A DNA stretch of 64,000 nucleotides from positions 64,001 to 128,000 of the forward strand of contig CAVPVX010000002.1 of assembly GCA_963709345.1 (NCBI GenBank), read 5' to 3'. How positions within the stretch are numbered: position 1 is the first letter of the stretch; every line of letters starts with the position of its first letter. Source of the DNA: an uncultured Actinomycetes bacterium (lineage in GTDB: Bacteria > Actinomycetota > Thermoleophilia > UBA2241). The position numbers and the translations under genes were made by a program. Below, piece by piece: positions 1-13,426 of the stretch. Under the pieces are notes generated by a model, which was not told the origin of the DNA, did not search any database, and worked only from the letters and a program-made list of their open reading frames with translations.

Positions 1-401
1 GCCCTGACGCCGACCAGGTCCTTGTCCGGGCGCACCAGGGCGGCTGCCGTCACGAGCCCGCTGAGCTGGTCGGCGGCAATCAGACCGACGTCGAGCCGGG
101 TCGTCGCGACGACACCGGTCTCGGGGTTGTGCGCAGCCACCGCGTGGGCCGCCTCGTCGGGCAGACCGAGTTCGCGAACCGCGTCCGCGGCGACCGCGCC
201 GTGACGGGCCGCGTCGCCCTCGGTCTCCTCGACATCGAGGTCGTGAGCCAGCCCCGCGAGCCCCCACACATCGGGATCCTCCCCCAGACGGGCGGCCAGA
301 GCCCGCATGATCGCCTCCGTCGCCAGCATGTGCCGGCGTAGGTTGACGTTCGCGACGCGACCCTCGACCGCGGCCACGACGACGTCGCGGTCGGCGCTCA
401 T
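1..401 (-). CDS. HDIG/HD-domain metal-dependent phosphohydrolase (5' part; runs off window)
   Basis: Manually translated: MSADRDVVVAAVEGRVANVNLRRHMLATEAIMRALAARLGEDPDVWGLAGLAHDLD...HG...AAHN...AADQLSG...ALVRPDK. The ATG overlaps the coaBC stop (ATGA). Confidence 0.8.
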   Translation of the reverse strand, partial: MSADRDVVVAAVEGRVANVNLRRHMLATEAIMRALAARLGEDPDVWGLAGLAHDLDVEETEGDAARHGAVAADAVRELGLPDEAAHAVAAHNPETGVVATTRLDVGLIAADQLSGLVTAAALVRPDKDLVGVR

Positions 402-1612
402 CCGGAGAGCCCCTTCTCGATCTGGTCGACGATCACCGCGGCGCAGGCCGCCTTGGAGGTGCGCGGCACGTGAAGCTCGGAGTCGGCCGAGAGGATCGTG
501 ACCTCGTTCTCGTCCGAGCCGATGCCGACGCCCTCGGCGAGGATGTCGTTGAAGACGAGGAGGTCGACGCCCTTGGCGGCCTTCTTCGCGCGCGCCCTGT
601 CGAGGCGGGGACCGGCCTCGGCGGCGAAGCCCACTCTGTAGAGGTCCGGGCGCGCCGCCGTCGCGAGCACGTCGATGGTGCGCACGAGCTCGAGGACGAG
701 ACTGTCGCGCCCGCCCCGCTCGATCTTGCCGGCTTCCTCGTCGCGCGGCCGGAAATCGGCCACCGCCGCGGCCATCACGAGGACGTCCGCATCCCGCACC
801 TGCTCGCCCACCGCCACCGCCATCTCGGCGGCGCTCTCGACGTCCACGGTGTCGTAGGGCGCGCCGGAGACGGGCTGCGTCGTGACCAGCGTCACGCGGG
901 CGCCGCGAAGGTACGCCTCGTCGGCGACCGCGCGGCCCATCTTGCCGCTCGAGCGATTACCGATGAAGCGCACCGCGTCGATACGTTCGCGCGTGCCGCC
1001 CGACGTGATCACGACCTTCGTGCCGGCCAGCGGTCCTTCCGCCGAAGCCGCCAGCGCGCGGCGCACCGCCAGGCGGATGGCGTCTGGAGAAGCCATGCGA
1101 CCGGTGCCCTCCTCGCCGCAGGCGAGTTCCCCCCGCTCGGTGGGAAGCACCTCCACCCCGCGTCCGGCGAGAACGCGCAGGCTCTCCTGCGTGGCGGGAT
1201 GCTCGTACATGGCCCAGTTCATCGTGGGAGCCACGATTACCGGGCCGCGGAAGGCGAGGTAGGTCGAGGTGAGCAGGTTGTCGGCTATCCCGGCCGCCAT
1301 CTTCGCCAGCGTGTTGGCGGTGGCGGGAGCGACCACCATGACACTCGCCGACCGCGCCGCCTCGATGTGCTGGAACCAGCCGCCGCTCGCCTGCCAGGCG
1401 CTGTCGTCGTCGAGCACCGGCGCCTGCGAAACGGCGGCGAAGGTCAGCGGCATCACGAAACGGCGGGCCGCCTCGGTGCTGACCACCAGCGGCTTGAGAC
1501 CGTCCTTCACGAGCCCTCGCACCAACTCCACCGCCTTGTAGATGGCGATGCCGCCGGTCACACCGACGAGGACGGTGCGGGCACGAACTGGGCAGGGCGG
1601 CGCCGGATCCAT
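398..1612 (-). CDS. coaBC: Bifunctional phosphopantothenoylcysteine decarboxylase/synthase
   Basis: GVTGGIAIYKA, APATANTLAK, PTMNWAM, TSGGTRERIDAVRFIGNRSSGKMG, AAVADF, VGFAAE motifs; follows rpoZ. Confidence 0.95.
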   Translation of the reverse strand: MDPAPPCPVRARTVLVGVTGGIAIYKAVELVRGLVKDGLKPLVVSTEAARRFVMPLTFAAVSQAPVLDDDSAWQASGGWFQHIEAARSASVMVVAPATANTLAKMAAGIADNLLTSTYLAFRGPVIVAPTMNWAMYEHPATQESLRVLAGRGVEVLPTERGELACGEEGTGRMASPDAIRLAVRRALAASAEGPLAGTKVVITSGGTRERIDAVRFIGNRSSGKMGRAVADEAYLRGARVTLVTTQPVSGAPYDTVDVESAAEMAVAVGEQVRDADVLVMAAAVADFRPRDEEAGKIERGGRDSLVLELVRTIDVLATAARPDLYRVGFAAEAGPRLDRARAKKAAKGVDLLVFNDILAEGVGIGSDENEVTILSADSELHVPRTSKAACAAVIVDQIEKGLSG

Positions 1613-1619
1613 AGCGGTG

Positions 1620-1859
1620 TCAGTCGGGGGCCGTGTACTCGATCTTGTTGTCGACGATCTCCTCGAAGGAGATGGTGAGGAGGTTCGTGCTGCGCGTCGG
1701 GATGAGCGGCGGCGTGAGACCCTCGAGGCCGAGGGTGTTCTCGCCGAGGCTGTGGTAGTAGTTGTTGATCTGGCGGGCGCGCTTGGCCGCGACCATGACC
1801 AAGGCATAGCGCGAGCCGCCGGCGTGCGGCAGAAGCTCGTCGATGCGGGGCTTGTCCAC
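1620..1859 (-). CDS. rpoZ: RNA polymerase omega subunit
   Basis: P.IDELL...SRYALVMVAAKRARQINNYY actinobacterial-type omega; gmk-rpoZ-coaBC synteny. Confidence 0.93.
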   Translation of the reverse strand: MDKPRIDELLPHAGGSRYALVMVAAKRARQINNYYHSLGENTLGLEGLTPPLIPTRSTNLLTISFEEIVDNKIEYTAPD

Positions 1860-2419
1860 TAGGCTTCCTTCCTTCGTTCTCGGATCAGGGCGGCCACCTC
1901 GTCGGCAGCTCGCCCGGCTGTTTCGTTCACCACGATATGGTCGAACTCCTGTGCTGCGGCGACCTCAGCCTCGGCTCTCCTCAACCTCCGGGCGATCGCC
2001 TCGGCGGTCTCCGTGCCGCGGCCGCGCAGGCGCTGCGCCAACTCGGCCATGCTGGGCGGGGCGATGAACACAGACACCGCCTCAGGCAGGGCTCGCCGTG
2101 CGGCGCGCGCGCCCACGAGCTCGATCTCGAGGATCACATCGTCACCGGCCGCGACCTTGCTCTCGACCTCACGGCGCAGCGTTCCGTACAGATGGCCACT
2201 GTACTCCACCCATTCCAGAAAGTCGCCCGCGGCGACGGCGCGCTCGAAGCCGGCACGATCGAGAAAGTGATACTCGCGACCGTCCACCTCCCCGGGCCGA
2301 GGGGCCCGCGTCGTCGCCGAGACCGAGGTCACCACATGGTCCATCCGCTGCTTGACGAGGGCGATGATCGTACCCTTCCCGGCGCCGGACGGCCCCGACA
2401 CCACGAAGACCGCGGCGAT
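1859..2419 (-). CDS. gmk: Guanylate kinase (start uncertain; apparent ATC)
   Basis: SGPSGAGKGT P-loop, SVSATTRAPRPGEVDGREYHF, FLEW, YGT. Confidence 0.95.
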   Translation of the reverse strand: MAAVFVVSGPSGAGKGTIIALVKQRMDHVVTSVSATTRAPRPGEVDGREYHFLDRAGFERAVAAGDFLEWVEYSGHLYGTLRREVESKVAAGDDVILEIELVGARAARRALPEAVSVFIAPPSMAELAQRLRGRGTETAEAIARRLRRAEAEVAAAQEFDHIVVNETAGRAADEVAALIRERRKEA

Positions 2420-2423
2420 GGCG

Positions 2424-2756
2424 TCAGCCTCCGAAGAAGGCGAGGAGCTCGTCCCGCTGCCGCTCCGAGAGACCGCCGACGGTCTTGCTCGGGCTGATAC
2501 GGCACTGCTCGAGGATGCGGGCCGACTTGACGCGACCGCACTTGGGCGCGGCCATGAGCAGGTCGGAGACCTTGGCCGTGAGCAGGTACTCGGGCGGCGC
2601 GGCGAGCACATCGTCGATGCGCACAGCTCCGCGCTTGAGGTCGGCCTTGAGCGTCGCGCGCCTGCTGCGGACCTCGTTGGCCTTGCCCAGCGCGTCCATG
2701 CGCTGGTCGAGAGACCGCGCCGGAGCCTGGTTGAATTGCTTGGGAGAGCCGGACAT
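2424..2756 (-). CDS. mihF: Actinobacterial integration host factor (mIHF/sIHF)
   Basis: RMDALGKANEVRSRRATLK...KVSDLL...GRVKSARIL...ISPSKTVGGLSERQR H2TH pattern; directly upstream of gmk. Confidence 0.88.
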   Translation of the reverse strand: MSGSPKQFNQAPARSLDQRMDALGKANEVRSRRATLKADLKRGAVRIDDVLAAPPEYLLTAKVSDLLMAAPKCGRVKSARILEQCRISPSKTVGGLSERQRDELLAFFGG

Positions 2757-2862
2757 CGGGCGGAAGTATATGCGATTCCGCTCCCGGTGTTCAACACGGA
2801 TTCCTAGACAAAACCGTCGCCTAGCTGGACTTTTTCCGCCCGGGGCCGAGCGACGCCACGCG

Positions 2863-3834
2863 TCAGGCCAGTAGAGCCAGGCCGCGCGCAGCGGCAGCCG
2901 AGACCAGACTGCGCGCCTCGAGCTCGTCGCGAAGCTCTCCGAGGATGCGCTGGGGAGCCTCGAAGGCGGTGAAGTTCGCGGCGCCGACGGCCACCGCGGT
3001 CGCGCCGCACGCGATGAACTCAAGGGCGTCGAGTCCGGTCATGACGCCGCCCATGCCGACGATGGGCACGGCGGGAAACGCGGCCGCGACCTCGGCGACC
3101 ATGCGCAGAGCGATGGGCTTGATGGCAGGCCCGCAGAGACCGCCGGTGCGGTTTCCGAGAAACGGCCGCAACGTCTGCCGGTCGAGCACCATCGCCTTGA
3201 ATGTGTTGACGAGCGACAGCCCGTCGGCGCCTGCCTCGACGGCCGCCCGGGCGGCCGCGGTGACGTCGGCCACGTTCGGCGTGAGCTTCGCGAGCACAAA
3301 GCGCTTTGTGAGAGGGCGGCAGGCGCCGACGACCTCGGCCGTGGCCGCCGGGTCGGCGCCGATCTGCAGCCCGCTCGAGACGTTCGGGCAGGAGACGTTG
3401 AGCTCGTACCCTTCGATGCGCGGCATGGAGCTCGCCGGAGCAGCCTCGAGACGAGCCTCTATCGCCGCGATCACGGAGGCGTACTGGCCCGGTTCGTTGC
3501 CGCCGACGCTGACGATCACGGGCTGCTTCAACGGCGCCCAGTCCGGCAGCCCGCCGATCCACGCCTCGACACCGGGGTTCTCCAGCCCGATCGCGTTGAC
3601 CATGCCCGCCGCCGTCTCGGTCACTCGCGGTGCGGGGTTACCGGTGCGCGCATCCACGGTGACGGTCTTGGGCACGTACGCGGCATACGGGAAGTCGGCG
3701 AAGTAGTCGCCCTCGTAGCGGTTCGCGTATTCGAGGAGGTCGAACGTCCCGGACGCGTCGATCAGTGGGTGTTCGAGGCGGATCGGTCCGAGCCGCACGG
3801 AGAGGTCGGGTCCCATGTGAGCGGCGCCACTCAC
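2863..3834 (-). CDS. pyrD: Dihydroorotate dehydrogenase family 1B catalytic subunit (alternative start 3816)
   Basis: ASGTF, KTVT..GNP.PR, NAIGLENPG, ELNVSCPNV, KLTPNV, GGLCGPAIKP. Confidence 0.93.
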   Translation of the reverse strand: MSGAAHMGPDLSVRLGPIRLEHPLIDASGTFDLLEYANRYEGDYFADFPYAAYVPKTVTVDARTGNPAPRVTETAAGMVNAIGLENPGVEAWIGGLPDWAPLKQPVIVSVGGNEPGQYASVIAAIEARLEAAPASSMPRIEGYELNVSCPNVSSGLQIGADPAATAEVVGACRPLTKRFVLAKLTPNVADVTAAARAAVEAGADGLSLVNTFKAMVLDRQTLRPFLGNRTGGLCGPAIKPIALRMVAEVAAAFPAVPIVGMGGVMTGLDALEFIACGATAVAVGAANFTAFEAPQRILGELRDELEARSLVSAAAARGLALLA

Positions 3835-4618
3835 GACCGTACCTCGTCGAGCGCGAACACCGGTCCCTCGCTGCAGACGCGCAGCCTGCCACGCGCCGTA
3901 TCGACCACGCACCCGTGGCAGGACCCCGTGCCACAGGCCATGTGCGCCTCGAGCGAAGCGAAGCCTCTGAGCTTCTCCTCGACGACCCAGTGCTGGACGG
4001 CGGCGATCATCGGCGCCGGCCCGCACACGTAGACGGTCGTGCCGGGCGGCACGTCGAGATCGGCGAGGATGCGCAGCACCGTGCCGGAGCGGCCGACGCT
4101 CCCGTCCTCGGTCGCCACCCACAACCGATCGATGGCGAACGCTCCGGCGACGCGAGCGGCGCGGAAGTCGCGGAAGCCGAGGGCGGCGGTGACCTGGCTA
4201 TGCGCCGCCGCCAGCTCGTCGGCCACGTACTGGAGCGGGGCGCACCCGATGCCGCCGCCGACGAGCAGGGCGTTGGTCACACCTGCGGTGGGGAACGCGC
4301 TCCCCAGCGGCCCGGCGATGGTCACGGTCTCCCCCACCTCGAGGCCGGCGAGCCGTTCGCTGCCGCTCCCGCGCGCCTCGACCAGCAGACCGATGCGGTC
4401 GCCGCGCACGGTGAACAACGACAGCGGCCGCCGCAGCAGGTGGCCGCCGCCCGGCACGGCGACCATCACGAACTGCCCCGGCGAGGCCTTCGCGGCGACC
4501 CCTGGGGCGATCAGCTCGATCGCGGCGAAGGCGCCGTAGTGGCGCATGCCGGCGACCCTGCAGCGCGAACTCTCCGCCCACTGCGAGAGGTGGTGATGCG
4601 TCTCTTCGGCAGGCTCGG

Positions 4619-4622
<4 letters not shown>
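3831..4622 (-). CDS. pyrK: Dihydroorotate dehydrogenase electron transfer subunit
   Basis: [30 protein letters not shown]...VC [2Fe-2S] motif. Confidence 0.92.
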
Positions 4623-7815
<3,193 letters not shown>

Positions 7816-7816
<1 letters not shown>

Positions 7817-8925
7817 CAGGCCTCCCCGCCCCGCTTGAAGCGGTCGATCTCGTCACGGAACCGCTCGAAGAGGTACAGCGAATCGTGCGGACCCGGTGTC
7901 GACTCGGGGTGGTACTGCACCGAGAAGGCACACCTCTCCGGCGCCGCCACGCCCTCCACGGTGCCGTCGTTCAGGTTGAGATGGGTGATCTCGGCGCCGG
8001 CCGGCTCGTCGTCCTTCACCGCGAAACCATGATTCTGGGTCGTGATCTCTACGATCCCCGTGCGCAGGTCCTTGACCGGGTGGTTGGCGCCGCGGTGCCC
8101 GAACTTGAGCTTGTAGGTAGAGAAGCCGAGCGCCTGCGCCAGGAGCTGGTGCCCGAGGCAGATGCCGAACACGGGCACCTTGCCCAGCAGGCGTTCGACG
8201 GCCTTGATCGCGTACCCGACGGCGGCCGGGTCACCCGGGCCGTTGCTGAGGAACACGCCGTCGGGCTCCCGCTTGAGCACCTCGCGGGCGCTGGTCTGCG
8301 CGGGCACGACGGTCACGCGAAACCCGCGCTCGACGAGGCAACGGAGCATGGAGCGCTTGATGCCGTAGTCGTACGCGACCACGTGGAGGTCGGGCGCCGG
8401 CGCCCCTTCGAGCGCCGGCGCCTCGTAGGTCTCGTCGCAGGTGACGACTTTGGCCAGGTCGAGGCCGCCCATGGCGGGCAGACCCTGAGCGGCCTTGCGC
8501 AGGTCCCTGACGCCGGCGGCCTCGGTGCTGACGACGGCGCGGAGCGCCCCCTTCTCGCGAATATGCCGCGTAAGCGCTCGCGTGTCGACGCCGCTCACCG
8601 CGAGCACGCCGTGCTCCGCCAGCCAGTCCAGCCACGTCGTGCGTGAAGCACGGTTGAAGGCGTAGTTGGTGAGCTCCCTGGCGATGATCGCCCGCGCGTG
8701 CGCCCTGCCAGACTCGTCGCGCTCCGGGTCGGCGCCGTAGTTGCCGTTCATCGGGAACGTGTACGTGATGAGCTGGCCGCAGTAGGAGGGGTCGGTGGCG
8801 ATCTCCTGGTAGCCGGCCATGCTCGTGTTGAACACGATCTCGCCGCCGACGGTGCCGCCGCCGGTGAGCGCCTCTCCCGCGAAGGACGCTCCGTCCTCGA
8901 GCACGATAAGCGCCGGACTAGGCAA
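7816..8925 (-). CDS. carA: Carbamoyl-phosphate synthase small subunit
   Basis: [34 protein letters not shown]. Confidence 0.97.
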
Positions 8926-10234
8926 GGTCGTCCCAGGCGACGCGGCCGGCGGCGACCGTGAACCGCACCTTGGCGGTGAGCTCGCGGCCGAGCCACGGTG
9001 AGTTGAAGGAGCGCGACCGCAGCCCGTCCGCCGTGACCGTCCACTTGAGGGACGGGTCGACGACGCAGAGGTCGGCGACGGCGCCTGGGCTGACGCTCGG
9101 CGCCGGCAGTCCGGCGATGCGAGCCGGCGCGGAACTCATGCGCGCGACCAGGGTCGTCAGGTCGAGCGCCTTTGCGAGCACCAGTCCTTCGTAGAGCACG
9201 CTGAAGGCCGTCTCCAGACCGATGCAGCCGAAGGGCGCCTCCTCGAACGGAACGTCCTTCTCCTCGGAGACGTGCGGCGCGTGATCGGTAGCGACGCAGT
9301 CGATCAGCCCATCGGCGAGCGCCGCCACGAGCGCGTCGCGGTCGGATTCGGCGCGCAGCGGCGGGTTCATCTTCAGGTTCGGATCCAGCGTCGCGACGCA
9401 CTCATCGGTGAGCGTGAGGTGGTGCGGCGTCGCCTCCGCAGTTACCCGCACGCCGGCCTCCCTGGCGCGGGCGAGCGCCTCAAGCGACGCGGCGGTGCTC
9501 ACGTGACAGACGTGCAGCGTCGCGTCCTCGTAGGCCGCGATGTCCAGCGCGCGCGACACGTCGAGGCTCTCGCAGAGCGACGGGATGCCGGTGAGGCCGA
9601 GCCGCGCGGACGCGGGACCCTCGTGCATCTGGCCGCCCTTGAAGAGCGAGTCGTCCTGGGCGTGGATCGCCACGAAGCGCCCGCTTACTTTGACGTACTG
9701 CAGGGCGCGCCGCGTGAGCGCCGCCGTCGCCAGCGGGTGGCCGTCGTCGCTGAAGCCGATGGCCCCGGCGGCGCCGAGCTCGCCCATCTCGGTGAGCTGC
9801 TCGCCGGCGAGCCCACGGGTGACTGCGGCGAAGAAGCCGAGAGGTATCACGGCGTCGGCGCGCGCCTGCTCCGCAAGCCCCTTCAGGATCGTCGCGGTGT
9901 CGACTACCGGCTCGGTGTTGGCCATGCCGAAGGCGGCGACGTAGCCGCCCGCCGCTGCAGCGGCAGAAGCGGTCGCGAGGTCCTCTTCGTCCTCGCGCCC
10001 GGGCGTGCGGAAGTGCGCGTGCAGGTCGACGAAGCCCGGCATGACCAGCATGCCGTCCGCGTCCACCACTCTCGAGTTCTTGCCGGCCTCGAGGCCGGCG
10101 CCGACCTCGGCGACCTTGCCCTTCCTGACGAGCACGTCACGAACGGCGTCGACGCCCGACTCGGGATCGACGACGCGCCCGCCCTTGATCAGCAGGTCGG
10201 CGGCCGGCAGGCGCTTGCACCACGTGCGTTCCAT
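8918..10234 (-). CDS. pyrC: Dihydroorotase
   Basis: PGFVDLHAHFRTPG, EATPHHL, KMNPPLR, ATDHAPH. Confidence 0.96.
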   Translation of the reverse strand: MERTWCKRLPAADLLIKGGRVVDPESGVDAVRDVLVRKGKVAEVGAGLEAGKNSRVVDADGMLVMPGFVDLHAHFRTPGREDEEDLATASAAAAAGGYVAAFGMANTEPVVDTATILKGLAEQARADAVIPLGFFAAVTRGLAGEQLTEMGELGAAGAIGFSDDGHPLATAALTRRALQYVKVSGRFVAIHAQDDSLFKGGQMHEGPASARLGLTGIPSLCESLDVSRALDIAAYEDATLHVCHVSTAASLEALARAREAGVRVTAEATPHHLTLTDECVATLDPNLKMNPPLRAESDRDALVAALADGLIDCVATDHAPHVSEEKDVPFEEAPFGCIGLETAFSVLYEGLVLAKALDLTTLVARMSSAPARIAGLPAPSVSPGAVADLCVVDPSLKWTVTADGLRSRSFNSPWLGRELTAKVRFTVAAGRVAWDDLA

Positions 10235-11175
10235 CAGAGCACCTCCCCGCTCGCAGATCCGTCGCTGTAGCCGACGATGGTCCGGTACAGGATCGCCATG
10301 CGCACCGCGAGGCCGCTGAAGACCTGGTGGGCGATCAGGTTCTCGTCATCGTCGGCGATGTCGCTCGCGATCTCGACGCCGCGGTTGATCGGGCCGGGGT
10401 GCATGACCCTCTGCCCCGGACGCAGCCGCGCCTGCGAGATGCCGTAGAGCTCGCTGTACTCGCGCAACGACGGGAGGTAGTTGGCGCCCGCCTTGATGCG
10501 CTCCTTCTGGATGCGCAGCAGGTAGATGACGTCCGCGTCCTTGAGGTTCGCGAGGTCGTACTCGACGGTGACGCCCATCTCCTCGATACCGCGCGGCATC
10601 AGGGTCGGCGGCGACACCAGCGTCACGTCCATGCCGAGCATCTGGAAGCCCATGATGTCGCTGCGGGCAACGCGGCTGTGCAGGATGTCGCCGACGATGA
10701 AGACCTTGAGGCCGTCGAGGTCACGGCCGAGGTTCTGGCGCATGCTGAAGAGGTCGAGCAGGCACTGCGTGGGGTGCTGGTGCTTGCCGTCGCCGGCGTT
10801 GATGACGCTCGCCTCCGTGTTGGCCGAGAGTGTCTGGCAGGCGCCGGCCGAGGGGTGGCGCATGACGATGATGTCGGGCGAGTAGGCGCTCAGCGTGATC
10901 GCCGTGTCCTTGAGCGTCTCGCCCTTCTCGACGGCCGAGCCGCTGGACTTGAGCGCGAGCGTGTCGGCGGAGAGACGCTTGGCGGCCAGGTCGAAGCTCG
11001 AGGACGTCCGCGTCGACGCCTCCCAGAAGAGGTTGATGATGGTGCGTCCGCGCAGCGTCGGGACCTTCTTGATGTCCCGCTCGAGCACCGGCAGGAAGCT
11101 CTCCGCGGTGTCGAGGAGCAGTTCCACGTCGGCCCGGGTGAGGTCCTCGATGCTGATCAGGTCTCGTTTGGGCAT
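10234..11175 (-). CDS. pyrB: Aspartate carbamoyltransferase catalytic subunit
   Basis: FWEASTRT, NAGDG..HPTQ.LLD, MHPGPINRG. Confidence 0.97.
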   Translation of the reverse strand: MPKRDLISIEDLTRADVELLLDTAESFLPVLERDIKKVPTLRGRTIINLFWEASTRTSSSFDLAAKRLSADTLALKSSGSAVEKGETLKDTAITLSAYSPDIIVMRHPSAGACQTLSANTEASVINAGDGKHQHPTQCLLDLFSMRQNLGRDLDGLKVFIVGDILHSRVARSDIMGFQMLGMDVTLVSPPTLMPRGIEEMGVTVEYDLANLKDADVIYLLRIQKERIKAGANYLPSLREYSELYGISQARLRPGQRVMHPGPINRGVEIASDIADDDENLIAHQVFSGLAVRMAILYRTIVGYSDGSASGEVL

Positions 11176-11178
11176 TGG

Positions 11179-11760
11179 TCACGCCTCCTTGCGCACGAGG
11201 ACGACCTCGTCGACGCCGTCGCACTCTTCGACCCGCACCTTGATGCGCTCCCGCAAGGCTGTGGGCAGGTTCTTGCCGACGTAGTCGGGCCGGATGGGCA
11301 GCTCGCGGTGGCCGCGGTCCACGAGGACCGCGAGCTGCACCGCCGCCGGCCGCCCGTAGTCGAACAGCGCGTCGACGGCGGCGCGGATGGTGCGCCCCGT
11401 GTAGAGGACATCGTCGACGAGGACGACGCAGGCCCCGTCGATGGTGAAGGGCAGGTCGGTGTCCTTCACGACCGGCTGCGGTGTGCTGGGGATGACGCCG
11501 ACGGCGCCGCGCGCCGCCACGTCGTCGCGGTAGAAGGAGATGTCGAGATTGCCGGAGGCGTACGCGCAGCCTCCGACCTCGCAGAGCAGCTTGTGGATGC
11601 GCGCGCCGAGGAAGGCGCCGCGCGTGTGGATCCCCACGACTGCGAGGTTCTCCTCGCCGGGGTTCTTCTCGAGGATCTCGTGAGCGATGCGCGTGACCGT
11701 CCGCGACATCTGCTCGGCCGTCAGGACGACGGTCTCTGTGGAAGGTCTGGGTTCAGGCAT
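11179..11760 (-). CDS. pyrR: Pyrimidine operon regulator / uracil phosphoribosyltransferase
   Basis: RIAHEILE, LDISFYRDD, LVDDVLYTGRTIRAA, DRGHRELPIRPDYVGKN. Confidence 0.97.
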   Translation of the reverse strand: MPEPRPSTETVVLTAEQMSRTVTRIAHEILEKNPGEENLAVVGIHTRGAFLGARIHKLLCEVGGCAYASGNLDISFYRDDVAARGAVGVIPSTPQPVVKDTDLPFTIDGACVVLVDDVLYTGRTIRAAVDALFDYGRPAAVQLAVLVDRGHRELPIRPDYVGKNLPTALRERIKVRVEECDGVDEVVLVRKEA

Positions 11761-11803
11761 GAAAATAGCGTCGCCGGCACCTGATGGCGTACGGCAACGC
11801 TGC
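11761..11803 (-). terminator. Attenuator/terminator hairpin of the pyr leader
   Basis: Minus strand AGCGTTGCCG...CGGCGACGCT stem followed by ATTTT immediately before the pyrR ATG. Confidence 0.6.
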
Positions 11804-11841
11804 ACCCCCTTTCCGTCTCTCGGGACTTGGATTAAAGGTCA
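11804..11841 (-). promoter_or_regulatory. PyrR-binding RNA element
   Basis: Minus strand CCTTTAATCCAAGTCCCGAGAGACGGAAAGG matches the PyrR binding-loop consensus (CUUUAA...AGUCCnGAGAG) upstream of pyrR. Confidence 0.85.
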
Positions 11842-11846
11842 CGCGT

Positions 11847-11875
11847 ACTGTAGCAGCCGCGCCGGAGCGCGGCAA
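11847..11875 (-). promoter_or_regulatory. Sigma70-type promoter of the pyr operon
   Basis: TTGCCG-N17-TACAGT just upstream of the PyrR element. Confidence 0.6.
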
Positions 11876-11890
11876 GACCGCCGGACGTCG

Positions 11891-12823
11891 TCAAACGCCG
11901 GGCTGCGCCGGGAGGCCGAGCAGGCCGAGGAAGGCACTGAGCTCGCGTGGGAGCGGGCTTGCACACGCGATCTCCCGCCCGTCGTCCGGGTGGGGGAACG
12001 CGAGGCGGGCGGCGTGGAGGAACTGGCGCCCGAGACCCTCGGGGCGCGGCAGGCGTCCGTACTGCACGTCACCGGCCACGGGGTAGCCGAGCGCCGAGAA
12101 GTGCACGCGGATCTGGTGTGTGCGGCCGGTCTCGAGCCGAACCTTGGCGAGCGTGAACCCGCCGGCCCGACCGAGCACCTCGAAGTGCGTCACGGCCGGG
12201 CGCCCCGCCACGGTGTGCAGCGACATGCGCTTGCGGTCACGCACGTGCCGGCCGATGGGCGCGTCGATGGTCCCCACATCCTGCGGCAGGTCGCCCGCGA
12301 GCAGAGCCAGGTAGACGCGGTGGATGTCGCGACGCTCCATGGCCGCGACCAGGCGCCGGTAGGCGTCGTCGCGCCGTGCCACGATCAGCAGCCCGGAGGT
12401 GTCCTTGTCGAGACGATGCACGATGCCGGGTCGTCGCTCGTGGCCCCCACGTGCTCCCGCGGCGACCAGGCCCTGGGCGAGCGTGCCGTGCTCGTGCCCG
12501 GGAGCCGGGTGGACGACGATCCCCGCCGGCTTGTCGACGACGAGCAGCCAGTCGTCCTCGTACACGACCGCGTACTCCACATCTTCCGGAGCGAGAGCGC
12601 CGCCGGTGTCCGGCGGCGCCGTCCACGCCACCTCTTCGCCGACGCGCAAGACGTGCTTCTTGGGCGCCGGGGCGCCCCCGACGAGGACGAGACCCAGAGC
12701 GATGAGCCGCTGTGCCGCCGACCGGCTCAGGCCGGCGTGCTCGGCGAGGACGACGTCCAGGCGCGACCCCTCGTCGGCCGGAGGGACGGTGAAGCGAGCG
12801 CCCGACTCAGGCTCGCCGGACAT
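11891..12823 (-). CDS. rluD: RluA-family 23S rRNA pseudouridine synthase with S4 domain
   Basis: RLD S4 domain, [34 protein letters not shown]; follows lspA. Confidence 0.9.
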   Translation of the reverse strand: MSGEPESGARFTVPPADEGSRLDVVLAEHAGLSRSAAQRLIALGLVLVGGAPAPKKHVLRVGEEVAWTAPPDTGGALAPEDVEYAVVYEDDWLLVVDKPAGIVVHPAPGHEHGTLAQGLVAAGARGGHERRPGIVHRLDKDTSGLLIVARRDDAYRRLVAAMERRDIHRVYLALLAGDLPQDVGTIDAPIGRHVRDRKRMSLHTVAGRPAVTHFEVLGRAGGFTLAKVRLETGRTHQIRVHFSALGYPVAGDVQYGRLPRPEGLGRQFLHAARLAFPHPDDGREIACASPLPRELSAFLGLLGLPAQPGV

Positions 12824-13256
12824 GGAGCACCTGCCAGCCGAGCAGTATGGTCCCCACCACGATGGCCACGTCGGCGACGTTGAAGGCGGGCCACGAGTAG
12901 AAAGCGACGAAGTCGACGACGGCGCCGTCGAAACGGAGGCGGTCGATCAGATTGCCGACAGCGCCGCCGAGGATGACGCCAAGCGCGATCCGGTACCTCG
13001 CCGGGCTCAAGGCCAGGGCGACGGCCACGCCTGCGGCTACGGCCGCCACCAGGACGACGACCACCGTGCCCGCCCCGGCCAGCCGGCTGAACGAGATGCC
13101 GGAGTTGTACGTGAGCACGACCCGGAGCCCGCCGGCGACGTCGATCGGCAGGTCGTCGGCCGCTGCGCGGACAAGCCACTTGCTGACCTGGTCCGCGATC
13201 AGGACGCCGGCCGCCAACGCCAGAGCGACGCCGAGCCGGCTGCTACTTCTTGCCAC
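12807..13256 (-). CDS. lspA: Lipoprotein signal peptidase II
   Basis: [31 protein letters not shown]. Confidence 0.93.
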   Translation of the reverse strand: MARSSSRLGVALALAAGVLIADQVSKWLVRAAADDLPIDVAGGLRVVLTYNSGISFSRLAGAGTVVVVLVAAVAAGVAVALALSPARYRIALGVILGGAVGNLIDRLRFDGAVVDFVAFYSWPAFNVADVAIVVGTILLGWQVLHVRRA

Positions 13257-13407
13257 GCAGCTTCCGCGGGGCGTCCAGTTCCGTGACCTCGAGGTGACCC
13301 ATGGGGCAGCTCGGCTCCTTGACTTTGCCGGACCGGCCGCCGTCGTGGACGACGATGTTCAGTGGATACGTCGCGTTGCAGCGCTTGCAGTAGGCGAGCT
13401 TCGCCAT
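13243..13407 (-). CDS. Small putative zinc-ribbon protein, 54 aa (not in the ORF track)
   Basis: [54 protein letters not shown]; AAAGGAG RBS; GC-rich third positions; fills the gap and overlaps the lspA start. Confidence 0.7.
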   Translation of the reverse strand: MAKLAYCKRCNATYPLNIVVHDGGRSGKVKEPSCPMGHLEVTELDAPRKLRGKK

Positions 13408-13426
13408 CGCACACTCCTTTGCTCGT

